Shown in pieces: positions 1 through 9,905 of a stretch of DNA of 38,967 nucleotides; the first letter of the stretch is position 1; every line of letters starts with the position of its first letter. Source of the stretch: a virus (taxonomy: Duplodnaviria; Caudoviricetes). The translations under genes were made by a program, and so were the position numbers. Under the pieces are notes generated by a model. The model was not told the DNA's origin. It did not search any database and saw only the letters and a program-made list of their open reading frames with translations. Where the stretch lies: positions 1 through 38,967 of IMG/VR virus record IMGVR_UViG_3300032303_000677. The stretch is one strand, 5' to 3'.

Positions 1-558
1 AGCATGATTATTGTTAAACGCAGAAATTCCACAGGTTCTTGGGACACCTACCATGTATCTGTTGGAAATACAAAAGCATTGTTTTTAAATCAAACAGCCG
101 CCGAAAACACCGATGTGGGCTATTGGAACAACACAAGCCCAACATCATCTGTGTTTACTGTCGGGACGGGAACTGAAGTTAATCAAAGCACAGGAACATA
201 TGTAGCCTACTGCTTTGCCGCAGTAGCAGGTTACAGCGCATTTGGCTCATACACGGGCAATGGAAGTACGGATGGGCCTTTTGTGTACCTTGGGTTTAGA
301 CCACGCTTTATTATGTTTAAAAGAACAGATAGTGCTAATGTGTGGTCTATATTGGATTCAACACGAGATACATACAATGTTACAAATTTATCTCTTCAGC
401 CCAGCAGTTCTATTGCTGAAGAAACTGGTAAAAATATAGATTATTTATCAAACGGATTTAAACAAAGACAAACTGATGGTGGATGGAATGCCTCTGGTGG
501 CACATACATTTACGCCGCCTTCGCCGAAAACCCATTTAAGTTCAGTAATGCGAGGTGA
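1..558 (+). CDS. Tail fibre / receptor-binding protein, C-terminal part (5'-truncated by window)
   Basis: Frame open from base 1. Repeated GTY(V/I)(A/Y)xxFA and GSYTGNGSTDGPFVYLGFRP motifs typical of phage tail-fibre C-terminal repeats; lies in the tail cluster. Confidence 0.7.
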   Translation, partial: SMIIVKRRNSTGSWDTYHVSVGNTKALFLNQTAAENTDVGYWNNTSPTSSVFTVGTGTEVNQSTGTYVAYCFAAVAGYSAFGSYTGNGSTDGPFVYLGFRPRFIMFKRTDSANVWSILDSTRDTYNVTNLSLQPSSSIAEETGKNIDYLSNGFKQRQTDGGWNASGGTYIYAAFAENPFKFSNAR

Positions 559-561
559 TGT

Positions 562-1191
562 ATGACAGTAGCCGCATACACCATTACCAACAAGACCAAT
601 GGCAAGCAGTACGTTGGTATATCCAGAAAACTGGATAAGCGGTGGAGCGACCACAGAAAGGCTGATGGTTGGTGTGCGGCTCTTCATAATTCCATAAAGA
701 AGCATGGCGTAGACAACTTTGAGTTTGCGCACATAGCGGATGCCTATTCTTGGAAAGATGCCTGCCTGCTAGAAACTGCTTTGATTAAACAACTAAATAC
801 TAAGTCACCGAATGGCTACAACTTGACTTTGGGTGGCGATGGCACAGTTGGTTTTAAGCATACAGAAGAAGAATGCAAGCGCAGAAGCGAAAGATGTCCA
901 ACTAGAAACCCAGAAATAGCCAAACTTGTTGCCGACAAATTGCGTGGTCGCAAAAAACCTCAAACAAGCGGTGATAAGAATGCAATGTTTGGCAGGCTTG
1001 GCGAGAAATCCCATGTCTTGAAGCACATCATCATTGCCAAAAATATTGACAACGGCAATACAATGACTTTGGCTGGAGCAAAAGAAATTGCCGATGCTGG
1101 ATTTAATCGGGCGCACGTCTATGCGTGTGCAAGAAATATCCGAAAAACCCACAAAAATCACACATTTGAATTTAAAGGAGAAGCGCAATGA
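562..1191 (+). CDS. GIY-YIG homing endonuclease (free-standing, Seg-like) with NUMOD-type DNA-binding tail
   Basis: AAYTITNKTNGKQYVGIS..RWSDH..E..NGYNLTLGGDG catalytic motifs; basic C-terminal repeats (HTEEECKRRSE, GDKNAMFG). Confidence 0.9.
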   Translation: MTVAAYTITNKTNGKQYVGISRKLDKRWSDHRKADGWCAALHNSIKKHGVDNFEFAHIADAYSWKDACLLETALIKQLNTKSPNGYNLTLGGDGTVGFKHTEEECKRRSERCPTRNPEIAKLVADKLRGRKKPQTSGDKNAMFGRLGEKSHVLKHIIIAKNIDNGNTMTLAGAKEIADAGFNRAHVYACARNIRKTHKNHTFEFKGEAQ

Positions 1192-1703
1192 GCCACTTTG
1201 CAAAGATAGAAAACGGTGTTGTAGTGCAAGTTATAGTCGCTGAAGAAGACTTTATTTTGACTGGTGCGCTTGGTGACCCCGCCAATTTCGTCCAAACTTC
1301 TTACAACACCCACGGCAACCAACACCCACAAGGTCGTCCATTGCGTGGCAATTACGCTGGGATTGGCTACGCTTATGACGATGTGAACGATGTCTTCATT
1401 GCGCCCAAACCCTTTGACAACTGGGTGCTAGATACTGCTACATGGCTGTGGACACCCCCGATTCCTATGCCTGTGGACGAATACTTCTACACATGGAACC
1501 AAGAGACTACAGCGTGGGAGAAAGGCAATTTGCGTCCTATCCCTGAACCTGTGGTTGAAGCGCCCGTAGAGGCTGTTGTGGAGTCTGCACCAGTTGCTGA
1601 AACCGTTGTGGAGCCTGAAGCGGTAGTTGAGACTCCAATAGAGCCAGCAGTTGAGACTCCTGTGGAGCCAGTGGCTGAGACTCCAGCAAATCCAGTGGCG
1701 TAA
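1188..1703 (+). CDS. Conserved phage tail-associated protein with Pro/Val/Glu-rich C-terminal repeats
   Basis: MSHFAKIENGVVVQVIV..QTSYN..RGNYAGIGY..DVFIAPKP family motif; ATGA overlap with the upstream gene; (E)PV(V)ET repeats. Confidence 0.65.
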   Translation: MSHFAKIENGVVVQVIVAEEDFILTGALGDPANFVQTSYNTHGNQHPQGRPLRGNYAGIGYAYDDVNDVFIAPKPFDNWVLDTATWLWTPPIPMPVDEYFYTWNQETTAWEKGNLRPIPEPVVEAPVEAVVESAPVAETVVEPEAVVETPIEPAVETPVEPVAETPANPVA

Positions 1704-1765
1704 GCCATTGAGCCATTCACTCTACTCATGGCGGCGCAAGCCGCTATTGAACTAAAGGAATCAAA

Positions 1766-2092
1766 ATGAGCGAGGAGAAAATACAGTCAATGGAGGCAAA
1801 AAGTCAACTGATTGAAAAGATTACATTTGCCCTTCTCCCGCTTTTGTTTTCTTGCGTTGTTTACCTGATGAATGCTTTGTCTAATTTGGCGCATGAAGTC
1901 ACCATTCTGAACAGCAAAATTAGCCTTGTGGTGACATCTGACAACAAACAGGCAACCAATACTGGCGCTGAATTAGCCCGTGAGAAGTTACGCCAAGATT
2001 TGGAAAAAGAAATCCAAAAGAACCGTGACGACATCCACGTTAATCGGATGGACATTGCAATCATTGAAACAAAGATTGGAGCCAAGAAATGA
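1766..2092 (+). CDS. Membrane-anchored coiled-coil protein (lysis-cassette associated)
   Basis: One TM segment (ITFALLPLLFSCVVYLM) followed by a coiled coil; AAGGA RBS; directly upstream of the holin. Confidence 0.55.
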   Translation: MSEEKIQSMEAKSQLIEKITFALLPLLFSCVVYLMNALSNLAHEVTILNSKISLVVTSDNKQATNTGAELAREKLRQDLEKEIQKNRDDIHVNRMDIAIIETKIGAKK

Positions 2093-2490
2093 TACCTATA
2101 GGCGCACTTTTAGACATTGGTGGAAAAATCTTAGACAAAGTTTTTCCTGACCCTGCACAGGCAGAGCAAGCAAAACTTAAACTGCTTGAGATGCAACAAA
2201 ATGGCGAGTTGGCAAAACTCAATGCCGATGTTGCTGAGTCCCATGAGTTGACTGAACGCCTCAAAGCAGACATGAGTAGCGACTCTTGGTTGTCCAAGAA
2301 CATTCGTCCCATGACTTTAGTGTTTATCCTAGTTACCTATACAACTTTTGCCATGATGAGTGCGTGGGATGTTGAGGTAAACAACAACTATGTTGAATTA
2401 CTGGGACAATGGGGAATGTTAATTATGTCGTTTTACTTTGGCGGTAGAACGCTAGAAAAAATTATAGATATGCAGAAAGGTAAAAAATGA
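2089..2490 (+). CDS. Holin (3-TM, gene-transfer-agent holin family)
   Basis: SDSWLSKNIRP...FYFGGRTLEK signature, hydrophobic segments, adjacent to the endolysin. Confidence 0.8.
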   Translation: MIPIGALLDIGGKILDKVFPDPAQAEQAKLKLLEMQQNGELAKLNADVAESHELTERLKADMSSDSWLSKNIRPMTLVFILVTYTTFAMMSAWDVEVNNNYVELLGQWGMLIMSFYFGGRTLEKIIDMQKGKK

Positions 2491-2915
2491 ACCTTTCAGA
2501 ACACTTTACCCTCGAAGAGTTAACGCATACAGACCACAGGGAGTTAGACAACACCCCTAACGATGCGGAAAGAGACAATTTAAACCGTCTTGCTAGTTTC
2601 TTGGAGGAGGTTAAAACGGTGCTTGGGGGAAAGCCCGTCATGGTTAACTCGGCGTTTAGGTCTAAAGCAGTCAACGATGCCGTGGGTAGCAAAGACACCA
2701 GCCAGCACCGAGTGGGCTGCGCCGCAGATATACGAGTGCCATCCATGACTCCTGACGAGGTTGTCAAAGCCATTATTGCGTCAGGCATAGGGTATGACCA
2801 AGTTATCAGGGAATTTGACCGCTGGACACACGTGTCTATTCCAAATCAGCCCAGTGGCTCACCACGCAGACAAGCGTTGATAATTGATAAATCTGGGACT
2901 AGACCTTACGCTTAA
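2487..2915 (+). CDS. Endolysin, peptidase M15A family Zn-peptidase
   Basis: MNLSEHFTLEEL start; SAFRS..N..VG..SQH..G.AAD and WTHVS metal-binding motifs. Confidence 0.9.
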   Translation: MNLSEHFTLEELTHTDHRELDNTPNDAERDNLNRLASFLEEVKTVLGGKPVMVNSAFRSKAVNDAVGSKDTSQHRVGCAADIRVPSMTPDEVVKAIIASGIGYDQVIREFDRWTHVSIPNQPSGSPRRQALIIDKSGTRPYA

Positions 2916-2917
2916 TC

Positions 2918-5050
2918 ATGCCACTCAAGAAAATAATATTCAAATCAGGAGTAAATCGGGAAAACACCCGTTATACAACTGAGGGCGGCTGGTACGAATG
3001 CGACAAGATTCGTTTTCGTCAAGGTACACCTGAGAAAATTGGTGGCTGGTTTCAAATATCAAGCAACACATTCCTTGGCGTATGCAGAGCGCTGTGGAAC
3101 TGGATTACTTTAGGAAGTTTAAACGCCCTTGCTGTAGGTACAAACCTCAAATACTACATTGAGAACGGTGGCGTTTACTATGACATCACGCCTTTGCGTT
3201 ATGCCGCTTCATCAACAAGCCTATCCAATCCTTTTGAAGTATTTAACACTCTTAAAACGGTAACAGTTACTTGGGCGGGGTCAAACCTTTCTACTGGAGA
3301 TGTGGTCAACATCTCTGGATGTACCGTTGCCGTTGGCGGAATTCCTGCCGCAGATTTCAATAAACAGTTCACCGTAACAAGGATAGGCACAAATACTTTT
3401 CAAATTACTGTGGCTACAGCGGCAACATCTTCCACCACTGGTGGCGGAACGGTAGCAGTTTCTTTGTACAAATACACAGAAAGGTTGACCAACCCTTTTC
3501 AGTGCTACCTTAATTCAACACTAATCACCGTTACAGATGCCGCTCATGGTGCTATTACCAATGACTTTGTAGACTTTACTTCTACCAGTACGTTTTATGG
3601 AGTAACCATAACTGGCTGGTATCAAATTGTTAGCGTTGTTGATGCCAATACCTACACTATTAATGCTGCTACACAAGCCTCACAAAATGCGTCATCCCAA
3701 GGTGGAACGGTAACGGCTCAGTATCAGATTAATACTGGACCTGAAGTTGCCGTGCCTTTAACTGGATGGGGCGCTGGTACATGGGGTTCTGGTACATGGG
3801 GAGTTGGAACGGCAGTTGCTCAAGACTTAAGAGTTTGGTCTCAATCTAACTTTGGCGAAAACCTTGTGTTTGCTCCACGTGGTGGAGGCATTTACTATTG
3901 GGTAGCAACAAATGGCGTTACAACTGCTGGCTTTAATATTGCCACCATCTATGGCGCTTCAGATGTGCCAACCATTCAAAACTACGTAGCCATTTCAGAT
4001 GCATCACGTTTTGTGTTTGCATTTGGATGTAACGACTATGGCTCCGCTGTCCAAGACCCCATGCTGATTCGCTGGTCAGACCAAGAATCCGTTTCTAATT
4101 GGACTCCAGATGCAACCAATCAGGCTGGTAGTCTGCGCCTTTCTCATGGCTCTTACATTGTAACTGCCATGCAGGTTCGTCAAGAAATTTTGGTTTGGAC
4201 TGATTCAACTGTCTATTCCCTTCAATATTTGGGAGCGCCAGCGGTCTGGGGTTCTCAATTGCTGGGAGATAACATTTCCCTTGTGGGACAAAACGCTACC
4301 GCATTGGCATCAAGCATTGTGTACTGGATGGGACGAGACAAGTTCTATAAATATGATGGTAGCGTTAGCACTCTAAGTTGCGACTTACGACAATTTGTTT
4401 ACGGCAACATCAATCTTTCTCAAGCCTCTCAATTCTTTGCCAGCACAAATGAAGGCTTTAACGAGGTGTGGTTCTTCTATTGCTCCGCAGATAGCATGGT
4501 AATTGACACCTACGTGGTTTACAACTACTTGGAGCAGATTTGGTATTACGGCTACCTTGGACGTACTGCATGGCTGGATACTGGTTTGCGTAACTATCCT
4601 TTGGCGGCAACCTATGCCGATAACATTGTGTTCCATGAGTATGGTGTTGATGACGGAACAGCCGTCCCCGTCAGCGCAATTGACTCCTACATCGTATCTT
4701 CACAATTTGACATTGATGATGGTCACAACTTTGGATTTGTTTGGAGGATTCTTCCTGACTTAACATTCCGTGGGTCTACTAGTAGTAACCCTAATGTGAC
4801 TATGACCCTGTATCCATTGCAAAACTCAGGCTCTGGTTACAACGACCCTCTATCTGAAGGCGGTAGCGCATATGCCACAGTTACTAGAACCTCTGTTGTA
4901 AACGTGGAAGAATTTACAGGAACAATTTATGTTCGGGTGCGTGGAAGACAGATGGCGTTTAAGGTTGAAAACAATAACCTTGGCGACCAATGGCAACTAG
5001 GCGCTCCTCGTATTGACATCCGTCCTGACGGCAGAAGGGGCAACACGTGA
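2918..5050 (+). CDS. Tail nozzle / DNA stabilisation protein (P22 gp10 / T7 gp12-like position), with two inserted beta-rich repeat domains
   Basis: MPLKKIIFKSGVNRE..GGWYECDKIRFRQG.PEKIGGW start, IRWSDQE and RVRGRQ motifs of podovirus tail proteins; duplicated LxNPF..TVT modules and GWG repeats. Confidence 0.75.
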   Translation: MPLKKIIFKSGVNRENTRYTTEGGWYECDKIRFRQGTPEKIGGWFQISSNTFLGVCRALWNWITLGSLNALAVGTNLKYYIENGGVYYDITPLRYAASSTSLSNPFEVFNTLKTVTVTWAGSNLSTGDVVNISGCTVAVGGIPAADFNKQFTVTRIGTNTFQITVATAATSSTTGGGTVAVSLYKYTERLTNPFQCYLNSTLITVTDAAHGAITNDFVDFTSTSTFYGVTITGWYQIVSVVDANTYTINAATQASQNASSQGGTVTAQYQINTGPEVAVPLTGWGAGTWGSGTWGVGTAVAQDLRVWSQSNFGENLVFAPRGGGIYYWVATNGVTTAGFNIATIYGASDVPTIQNYVAISDASRFVFAFGCNDYGSAVQDPMLIRWSDQESVSNWTPDATNQAGSLRLSHGSYIVTAMQVRQEILVWTDSTVYSLQYLGAPAVWGSQLLGDNISLVGQNATALASSIVYWMGRDKFYKYDGSVSTLSCDLRQFVYGNINLSQASQFFASTNEGFNEVWFFYCSADSMVIDTYVVYNYLEQIWYYGYLGRTAWLDTGLRNYPLAATYADNIVFHEYGVDDGTAVPVSAIDSYIVSSQFDIDDGHNFGFVWRILPDLTFRGSTSSNPNVTMTLYPLQNSGSGYNDPLSEGGSAYATVTRTSVVNVEEFTGTIYVRVRGRQMAFKVENNNLGDQWQLGAPRIDIRPDGRRGNT

Positions 5051-5364
5051 ACATTCAAGCACCTGCCACCCCTAACTTACCACTACCGCAAGAGCAATTT
5101 AGCAAGTTATATTTAAACCAACTAACTAACGTATTGCGCCTGTACTTTAATCAAGAAAACAGTGTCCTATCTGCACTGATTAATGAACTTCCAACCAACT
5201 TAGTTTACACGGTCAGCACTCTTCCAAGCGCCAGCGCTTCTGGTGTGGGATACAGGGCATTTGTAACTGATGCCACAGTAACAACTTTTGCCTCTACGGT
5301 TGCAGGAGGAGGAGCCAATAAAGTTCCCGTCTATTCGGATGGAACCAATTGGAAAATTGGATGA
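5047..5364 (+). CDS. Small tail protein (needle/plug-like)
   Basis: GTGA overlap with the nozzle gene; coiled-coil N-terminus and YTVSTLPSA..RAFVTDA..PVYSDGTNWKIG tail-fibre-like C-terminus. Confidence 0.6.
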   Translation: MNIQAPATPNLPLPQEQFSKLYLNQLTNVLRLYFNQENSVLSALINELPTNLVYTVSTLPSASASGVGYRAFVTDATVTTFASTVAGGGANKVPVYSDGTNWKIG

Positions 5365-5407
5365 TGATTGGTACACTAACGTTCGTGTCATCACTATAAG
5401 GATAAAC

Positions 5408-5695
5408 ATGGACTTTATTGAACTTTTTAACAAGGTGGCACGGGTGGTAAAGCCAGCCCACCACACTTACGTCCCCATTGAAACGCTAGACGATAACCTA
5501 CAAGATACTGGTCTGGATAGCATGGACGGCATGATGATGTGCATCTATTTTTGCGACATCTACGGCATCCCCGATGAGATTGGCAAGGAGATGACGTTTA
5601 AATCGGCTAGGGAGTGCTGGGACTTCATCCAACTACACAAGACCAAAGAACCTTCTGGCTCCGCTGAAGAAGCCATCAAAGGGGTGGATTGGTGA
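5408..5695 (+). CDS. Acyl carrier protein (ACP)
   Basis: 95-aa acidic protein from ATG 5408 (AAGGA RBS) with the phosphopantetheine attachment motif LQDTGLDSMD and the YGI..E helix III region. Confidence 0.85.
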   Translation: MDFIELFNKVARVVKPAHHTYVPIETLDDNLQDTGLDSMDGMMMCIYFCDIYGIPDEIGKEMTFKSARECWDFIQLHKTKEPSGSAEEAIKGVDW

Positions 5696-6813
5696 TTTAC
5701 CTTACCGAGACCCGCACGGCATGCACCGAAACACATGAACTAATTGACGAGTTAAAGCACTTTCCTCAAAGGGTTCACTGGTTTCCAGAGACCTATAAGG
5801 GCAAAGATACGGGGATGATTTATGCGCCTCATCGTCTGGCTGAAAAAGTTTTGGATGGAGAACTACTCCGCAAACTACGGGAAAATCCTTGTAGGACTGC
5901 TTTTATTCTTGCTTCTGGAAATTCTCATTTTGCAGGGATAGAACCTGTAGACCTAGGGAAAACCCGACTAACTTACACCTATAAGTTTTTGCCTATGGCG
6001 TTAACTCAAGTGTACGCAGGGCGGGTAGCCAGTTCGTGTGGCGTTACAGACCACGTAGTGACCGATGCGTCAGCCTGTGCGTCAAGCCTCAAAGTGATGA
6101 TGGATGTCTACAACCTAGTTAAGTTGTATGGCATGGAGCGAGTCATTGTGCTGGGCGTGGAAGATGCAGTTACCAACGCAGTCTTGAACTTCTTTGGTGA
6201 TTCAAAAGCCGTGTTAACAGCCAAAGATGATGATGCTGGCATATTGCCATCAGCCTTTGACGAGAAGAACTATGGGTTCCACGTAGGTCAAGGCGCTGTC
6301 TTTGCCGTCTTTGAAACCGAGCAAAGCATGAAATTGACTGGGTTCCAGCCTAAAGCCAGACTGATGGGGGCGTATACATCAGGCGAAGACTCAACCAACG
6401 CTATTGGTCAAAGGGAAGACGGGCAAGGATTTAAACGAGCCATTCAAGGTGCGTTGTATATGTCCCAAGTTCAAAGTTCTCAAGTGCGAACGGTTAAGAC
6501 TCATGGCACTGGAACGAAGTCAAATAATCTTGCAGAAAAACACGCACTTACTAGCATTTTGAACGATTTTGTGGCAACATCGTTTAAACAAAGAATTGGA
6601 CACACTATGGGTGCAAGCGGATTGCTTGAAACCGTATTGTTGTTGGATAATATCAAAAACGGTTTTGTGCCAGCAATTGCCAACCGTACAGACGAAGACA
6701 AGGTTTTTCTTAGCAAGCCAGCCCCAGCAGAAAAGGGCGGTTTGATTTTGAGCCTTGCGGCTGGAATGGGCAATGTGTATTCCGCTGCAATTTTTAAGGA
6801 TGCACAATGCTAG
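5692..6813 (+). CDS. Beta-ketoacyl-ACP synthase (FabB/FabF-like thiolase fold)
   Basis: Cys-His-His triad motifs SACASS, KTHGTGT and KQRIGHTMGASG; GQGA (canonical GEGA) and C-terminal AAGMGN (canonical SFGFGG); GTG start overlaps the ACP stop (GTGA). Confidence 0.92.
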   Translation: MIYLTETRTACTETHELIDELKHFPQRVHWFPETYKGKDTGMIYAPHRLAEKVLDGELLRKLRENPCRTAFILASGNSHFAGIEPVDLGKTRLTYTYKFLPMALTQVYAGRVASSCGVTDHVVTDASACASSLKVMMDVYNLVKLYGMERVIVLGVEDAVTNAVLNFFGDSKAVLTAKDDDAGILPSAFDEKNYGFHVGQGAVFAVFETEQSMKLTGFQPKARLMGAYTSGEDSTNAIGQREDGQGFKRAIQGALYMSQVQSSQVRTVKTHGTGTKSNNLAEKHALTSILNDFVATSFKQRIGHTMGASGLLETVLLLDNIKNGFVPAIANRTDEDKVFLSKPAPAEKGGLILSLAAGMGNVYSAAIFKDAQC

Positions 6814-7322
6814 TTGACAGTAAGAAAAAGATGCTAGACCCGTCTGAGATTATTCTTGAGGCGACAAAAGAAACAAAGTCTAAGTATTCTCCTGACCAAG
6901 TGCTTGCCGCAATTATGAGCGAGGCTCATAGCGCTGGGGCTATTCTTATGCGCCAAGGCAACACCCTGTTCATTGTTCATCCAGCAAAAGACCGCACCGC
7001 TTGGTTCCGTGCTTTAAACGCAGACACCGCTCAAAATTATTTAAAAAACAGTCTTGATTACACCAAAGCCATGTATATGGCTGGTTTTGATGTCATGGTC
7101 ACAGAATTTGAAGACCCAACATTGTTGAGTCTTTTTAAATACGTTCAAAAAAACCGTGCAAAAATTAATCCTGATGTAGATGGCAAGCCAACAATGGGCT
7201 ATGCGGTTCAAAGAGTTAAAAGCAAGGGCTACGTTCCATTACCTCCCGAAACAGCAAAACCAAAAGACGATGGTTACCGTGTAACTACCGTGCTTGGACC
7301 AAGACGTGAAGGACAAATGTAA
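6807..7322 (+). CDS. Hypothetical protein, possible GNAT-like acyltransferase (T7 gp13-equivalent position)
   Basis: 171-aa alpha/beta protein overlapping the KAS stop and abutting the first ejection gene (TAATG). The fold call is inferred from size and synteny only. Confidence 0.4.
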   Translation: MLVDSKKKMLDPSEIILEATKETKSKYSPDQVLAAIMSEAHSAGAILMRQGNTLFIVHPAKDRTAWFRALNADTAQNYLKNSLDYTKAMYMAGFDVMVTEFEDPTLLSLFKYVQKNRAKINPDVDGKPTMGYAVQRVKSKGYVPLPPETAKPKDDGYRVTTVLGPRREGQM

Positions 7323-9904
7323 TGGGTGCAGTAGCAGATGTAGTTGAAGACGTAGTCGGTGGTGTAGTCAATGCCGTAGGCGATGTTGCCGAAGCAGTTG
7401 TACATGCGGCTGGTGACGTTGTTCAAGCCGTAGGCGATACCGCCACAAAAGTTGTAGAGACAGCCGTCAACGACCCAATTGGAACAATAGCCAAGGTAGC
7501 CGCAGTAGCCACAGGACAGTTTGAACTGCTTCCCGTTATCTCTGCCGTTGACGTTGTTGCTCACGGAGGCAACCTAGAACAAGCGTTAACAAGTGCCGCA
7601 GTATCTTATGTTGCACCGCAAGTTGGTGGTGCTATTGGTAGCGAATTGGCTGATACCGCTTTTGGTCAAGCCTTGACAGATATTGGAACAAATACTGGTA
7701 TTGAAAGTCTTCCATCCGCTGTATATCGTGGGCTAGGTTCTGCTGCCACACAAACTGCCGCTGGCGTTTTGCAAGGTCAAGACGTTGGCGATGCATTAAC
7801 AGGCGGTATAACCGCTGGTATTGGTTCTGGCGTAGGCTCTGCCGTAACTGCCGAGGCGGATACTGGCGGTGCTGGAACAAATACCTTAGACAAAATTCTT
7901 GGAAACACCGCTGGTGGAGTAACTACCGCTGCTTTGCGTGGCAAAGATGCGTACCTTGCTGGTGTAAACGCTGCTGCTGGCAGCATTACTGGTGCTGGTA
8001 TCAATGCAGCCGGGTCTGGTATAGCCAGTTTAAACGCTGATGCAGGACCAACCAAGACAGCAGAAGAAACCAAATCTACAGAAACAAAACCATCTGGAAC
8101 TCTACTAGCCAGCGCTAATGAAGTTGTATCTGACTCAGGGTTAACACCTACACAAGAAGCCATAAAAAATATGAAGGGTGAAGTAGAAGACCAAACGCCC
8201 GAACAAAAGGCTATGGTTGACCAACTTATCAAGGCTTTATATCCAGAGGAAGCCAAGAAAGAAGAAGAAGCCAAAAGAGCGGAAGCCGCCGCTACTGGAA
8301 ATCTTATTGATGACGATGGGCGTATAACCAATTTTGCTATTAATCCAGAGACTGGCGACTTATATAAGCCTCTGGGCGTTAACGAATTTGGCGATAAATT
8401 TGCTCCTGTTTTGCCACGTCAAGATTACGTTGGTAGCGAGACAATGATTAGCCCCAATGTTGTTTCCGCTATTTTGGGCGACCAAGAGGGCGACTTCCCA
8501 CAACAAATTGAAAACCGTGCAGACGGTTCAACTGTTGTCACCGAGTTTGATGGCACTCAACGTATTTTTAACGTTGATGGAACTGTTGAAACCATTGGTG
8601 CTGACGGAATCAAAACAACCGAAACCAATGAGGGCGCAAAAACCATTACTTACGATGACGGCTCAACCGTCACCATTAATCCTGATGGCACAGTAACTTC
8701 TACCGAAGCAACTGATACGCCATATACAGGCGAAACAGAAAAGACTTCCTCAAACAATGATTTGAGCAAACTCTCATCTGCGCTGCTGGGCGGTGCGACT
8801 GCTGGAGGCGCTAGAAACGTTAGCGGAACAGGCGGTACTGGCGTTAGCAGAAAAGGCACTACTGGCGGCTTTAACCTTGGAAACGCTGGTAGTCTTTTAG
8901 GTGGCGCAGCCGCAATTGGTGGCGCTGCTGCTCTGGCAAACAGTTTAAACGACACTGGAACTAATTCAGGTGGTGGTTTTTCACCATCTTTAAATGGAAT
9001 GAGTTGGGATATAACCGACCCAGCGGAGATTGAAAATGCTCGTGCTTATGGACAACATATGATTAGCCCCATTTATAAAGCGGAAGGTGGCTTACTGAGC
9101 CTGACTCCCCCCCCTTACCTGCAATCTCCTATTCAAAACCAGCAATACCCTGTTGGCGATATTCCTCGTCAAGACGCTGGCTCTCAACCTCAACAAGCGT
9201 ACGGTCAAATGCCGTACACACAGCCTGACCAAAATCAGTATGGTCAGATGAAGCCTCAATTCATTCAACCAACTATTGATAGTCAAAATCATTTAAACCT
9301 AAATCAGCCAAGAAATCAAAATCAAAATTACAACGCTGATTACACCAACTCAGTCAACATGTTTGCTGGTGGTGGGATGCCTATTGCTATGAATGATGGC
9401 GGTTTGCCTTCTATTCAGACAGACGAAGCAATTGTTGCCAATGCCGCCCGTAAGTATGGTCTTGGAGATGATGTTCGTGTTCTTAACAAGATTGAGGCTT
9501 TGGTAAATCAAGGCATGAACCCAGATGATGCCGCTCGGATTGTGGCTGGTTCAGCCAAGCCAACCCAAATGGCTATGGGCGCTCCTATGAGCAGACCAAT
9601 GGCAAGTGGCGGCATCTCTAGCCTTGGTCACTATTCTGATGGTGGACGCATGTTGAAAGGTCCGGGAGATGGAATGTCTGATGACATCCCCGCCACCATT
9701 GCTAACAAACAACCAGCACGTCTTGCAAACGAAGAGTTTGTGATTCCTGCCGATGTAGTTTCTCACCTTGGCAATGGCTCATCTGAGGCTGGCGCAAAGG
9801 TTTTATATGACATGATGGCAAAAGTTCGTAAGGCACGAACAGGAAACTCCAAGCAAGGAAAACAAATCCATGCTGAGAAGTTCATGCCTAAAATGAGGGG
9901 TTAA
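7322..9904 (+). CDS. Internal virion / ejection protein
   Basis: Met-Gly start, amphipathic V/A/D repeats, long Gly/Ala-rich region, C-terminal GPGDGMSDDIPA..ARLANEEFV..DVV domain seen in podophage core proteins. Confidence 0.65.
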   Translation: MGAVADVVEDVVGGVVNAVGDVAEAVVHAAGDVVQAVGDTATKVVETAVNDPIGTIAKVAAVATGQFELLPVISAVDVVAHGGNLEQALTSAAVSYVAPQVGGAIGSELADTAFGQALTDIGTNTGIESLPSAVYRGLGSAATQTAAGVLQGQDVGDALTGGITAGIGSGVGSAVTAEADTGGAGTNTLDKILGNTAGGVTTAALRGKDAYLAGVNAAAGSITGAGINAAGSGIASLNADAGPTKTAEETKSTETKPSGTLLASANEVVSDSGLTPTQEAIKNMKGEVEDQTPEQKAMVDQLIKALYPEEAKKEEEAKRAEAAATGNLIDDDGRITNFAINPETGDLYKPLGVNEFGDKFAPVLPRQDYVGSETMISPNVVSAILGDQEGDFPQQIENRADGSTVVTEFDGTQRIFNVDGTVETIGADGIKTTETNEGAKTITYDDGSTVTINPDGTVTSTEATDTPYTGETEKTSSNNDLSKLSSALLGGATAGGARNVSGTGGTGVSRKGTTGGFNLGNAGSLLGGAAAIGGAAALANSLNDTGTNSGGGFSPSLNGMSWDITDPAEIENARAYGQHMISPIYKAEGGLLSLTPPPYLQSPIQNQQYPVGDIPRQDAGSQPQQAYGQMPYTQPDQNQYGQMKPQFIQPTIDSQNHLNLNQPRNQNQNYNADYTNSVNMFAGGGMPIAMNDGGLPSIQTDEAIVANAARKYGLGDDVRVLNKIEALVNQGMNPDDAARIVAGSAKPTQMAMGAPMSRPMASGGISSLGHYSDGGRMLKGPGDGMSDDIPATIANKQPARLANEEFVIPADVVSHLGNGSSEAGAKVLYDMMAKVRKARTGNSKQGKQIHAEKFMPKMRG

Positions 9905-9905
9905 T

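Noticed and set aside
562-1191. Group I intron around the GIY-YIG gene
   Set aside because: Flanking genes end and start normally within a few bases, leaving no room for intron core sequence.
1540-1700. Tandem GAGACTCC / GTGGAGCC repeats as a possible array or DGR target
   Set aside because: They encode Pro/Val/Glu low-complexity protein repeats; no spacers and no reverse transcriptase in the window.
1707-1769. Short frame IEPFTLLMAAQAAIELKESK resembling the start of a deleted phage gene
   Set aside because: Too short and lacks a clear start codon or RBS; cannot be supported without alignment.
5288-5407. N-terminal extension of the ACP ORF in the track
   Set aside because: Overlaps the upstream tail gene in another frame; the RBS and ACP-sized domain point to ATG 5408.
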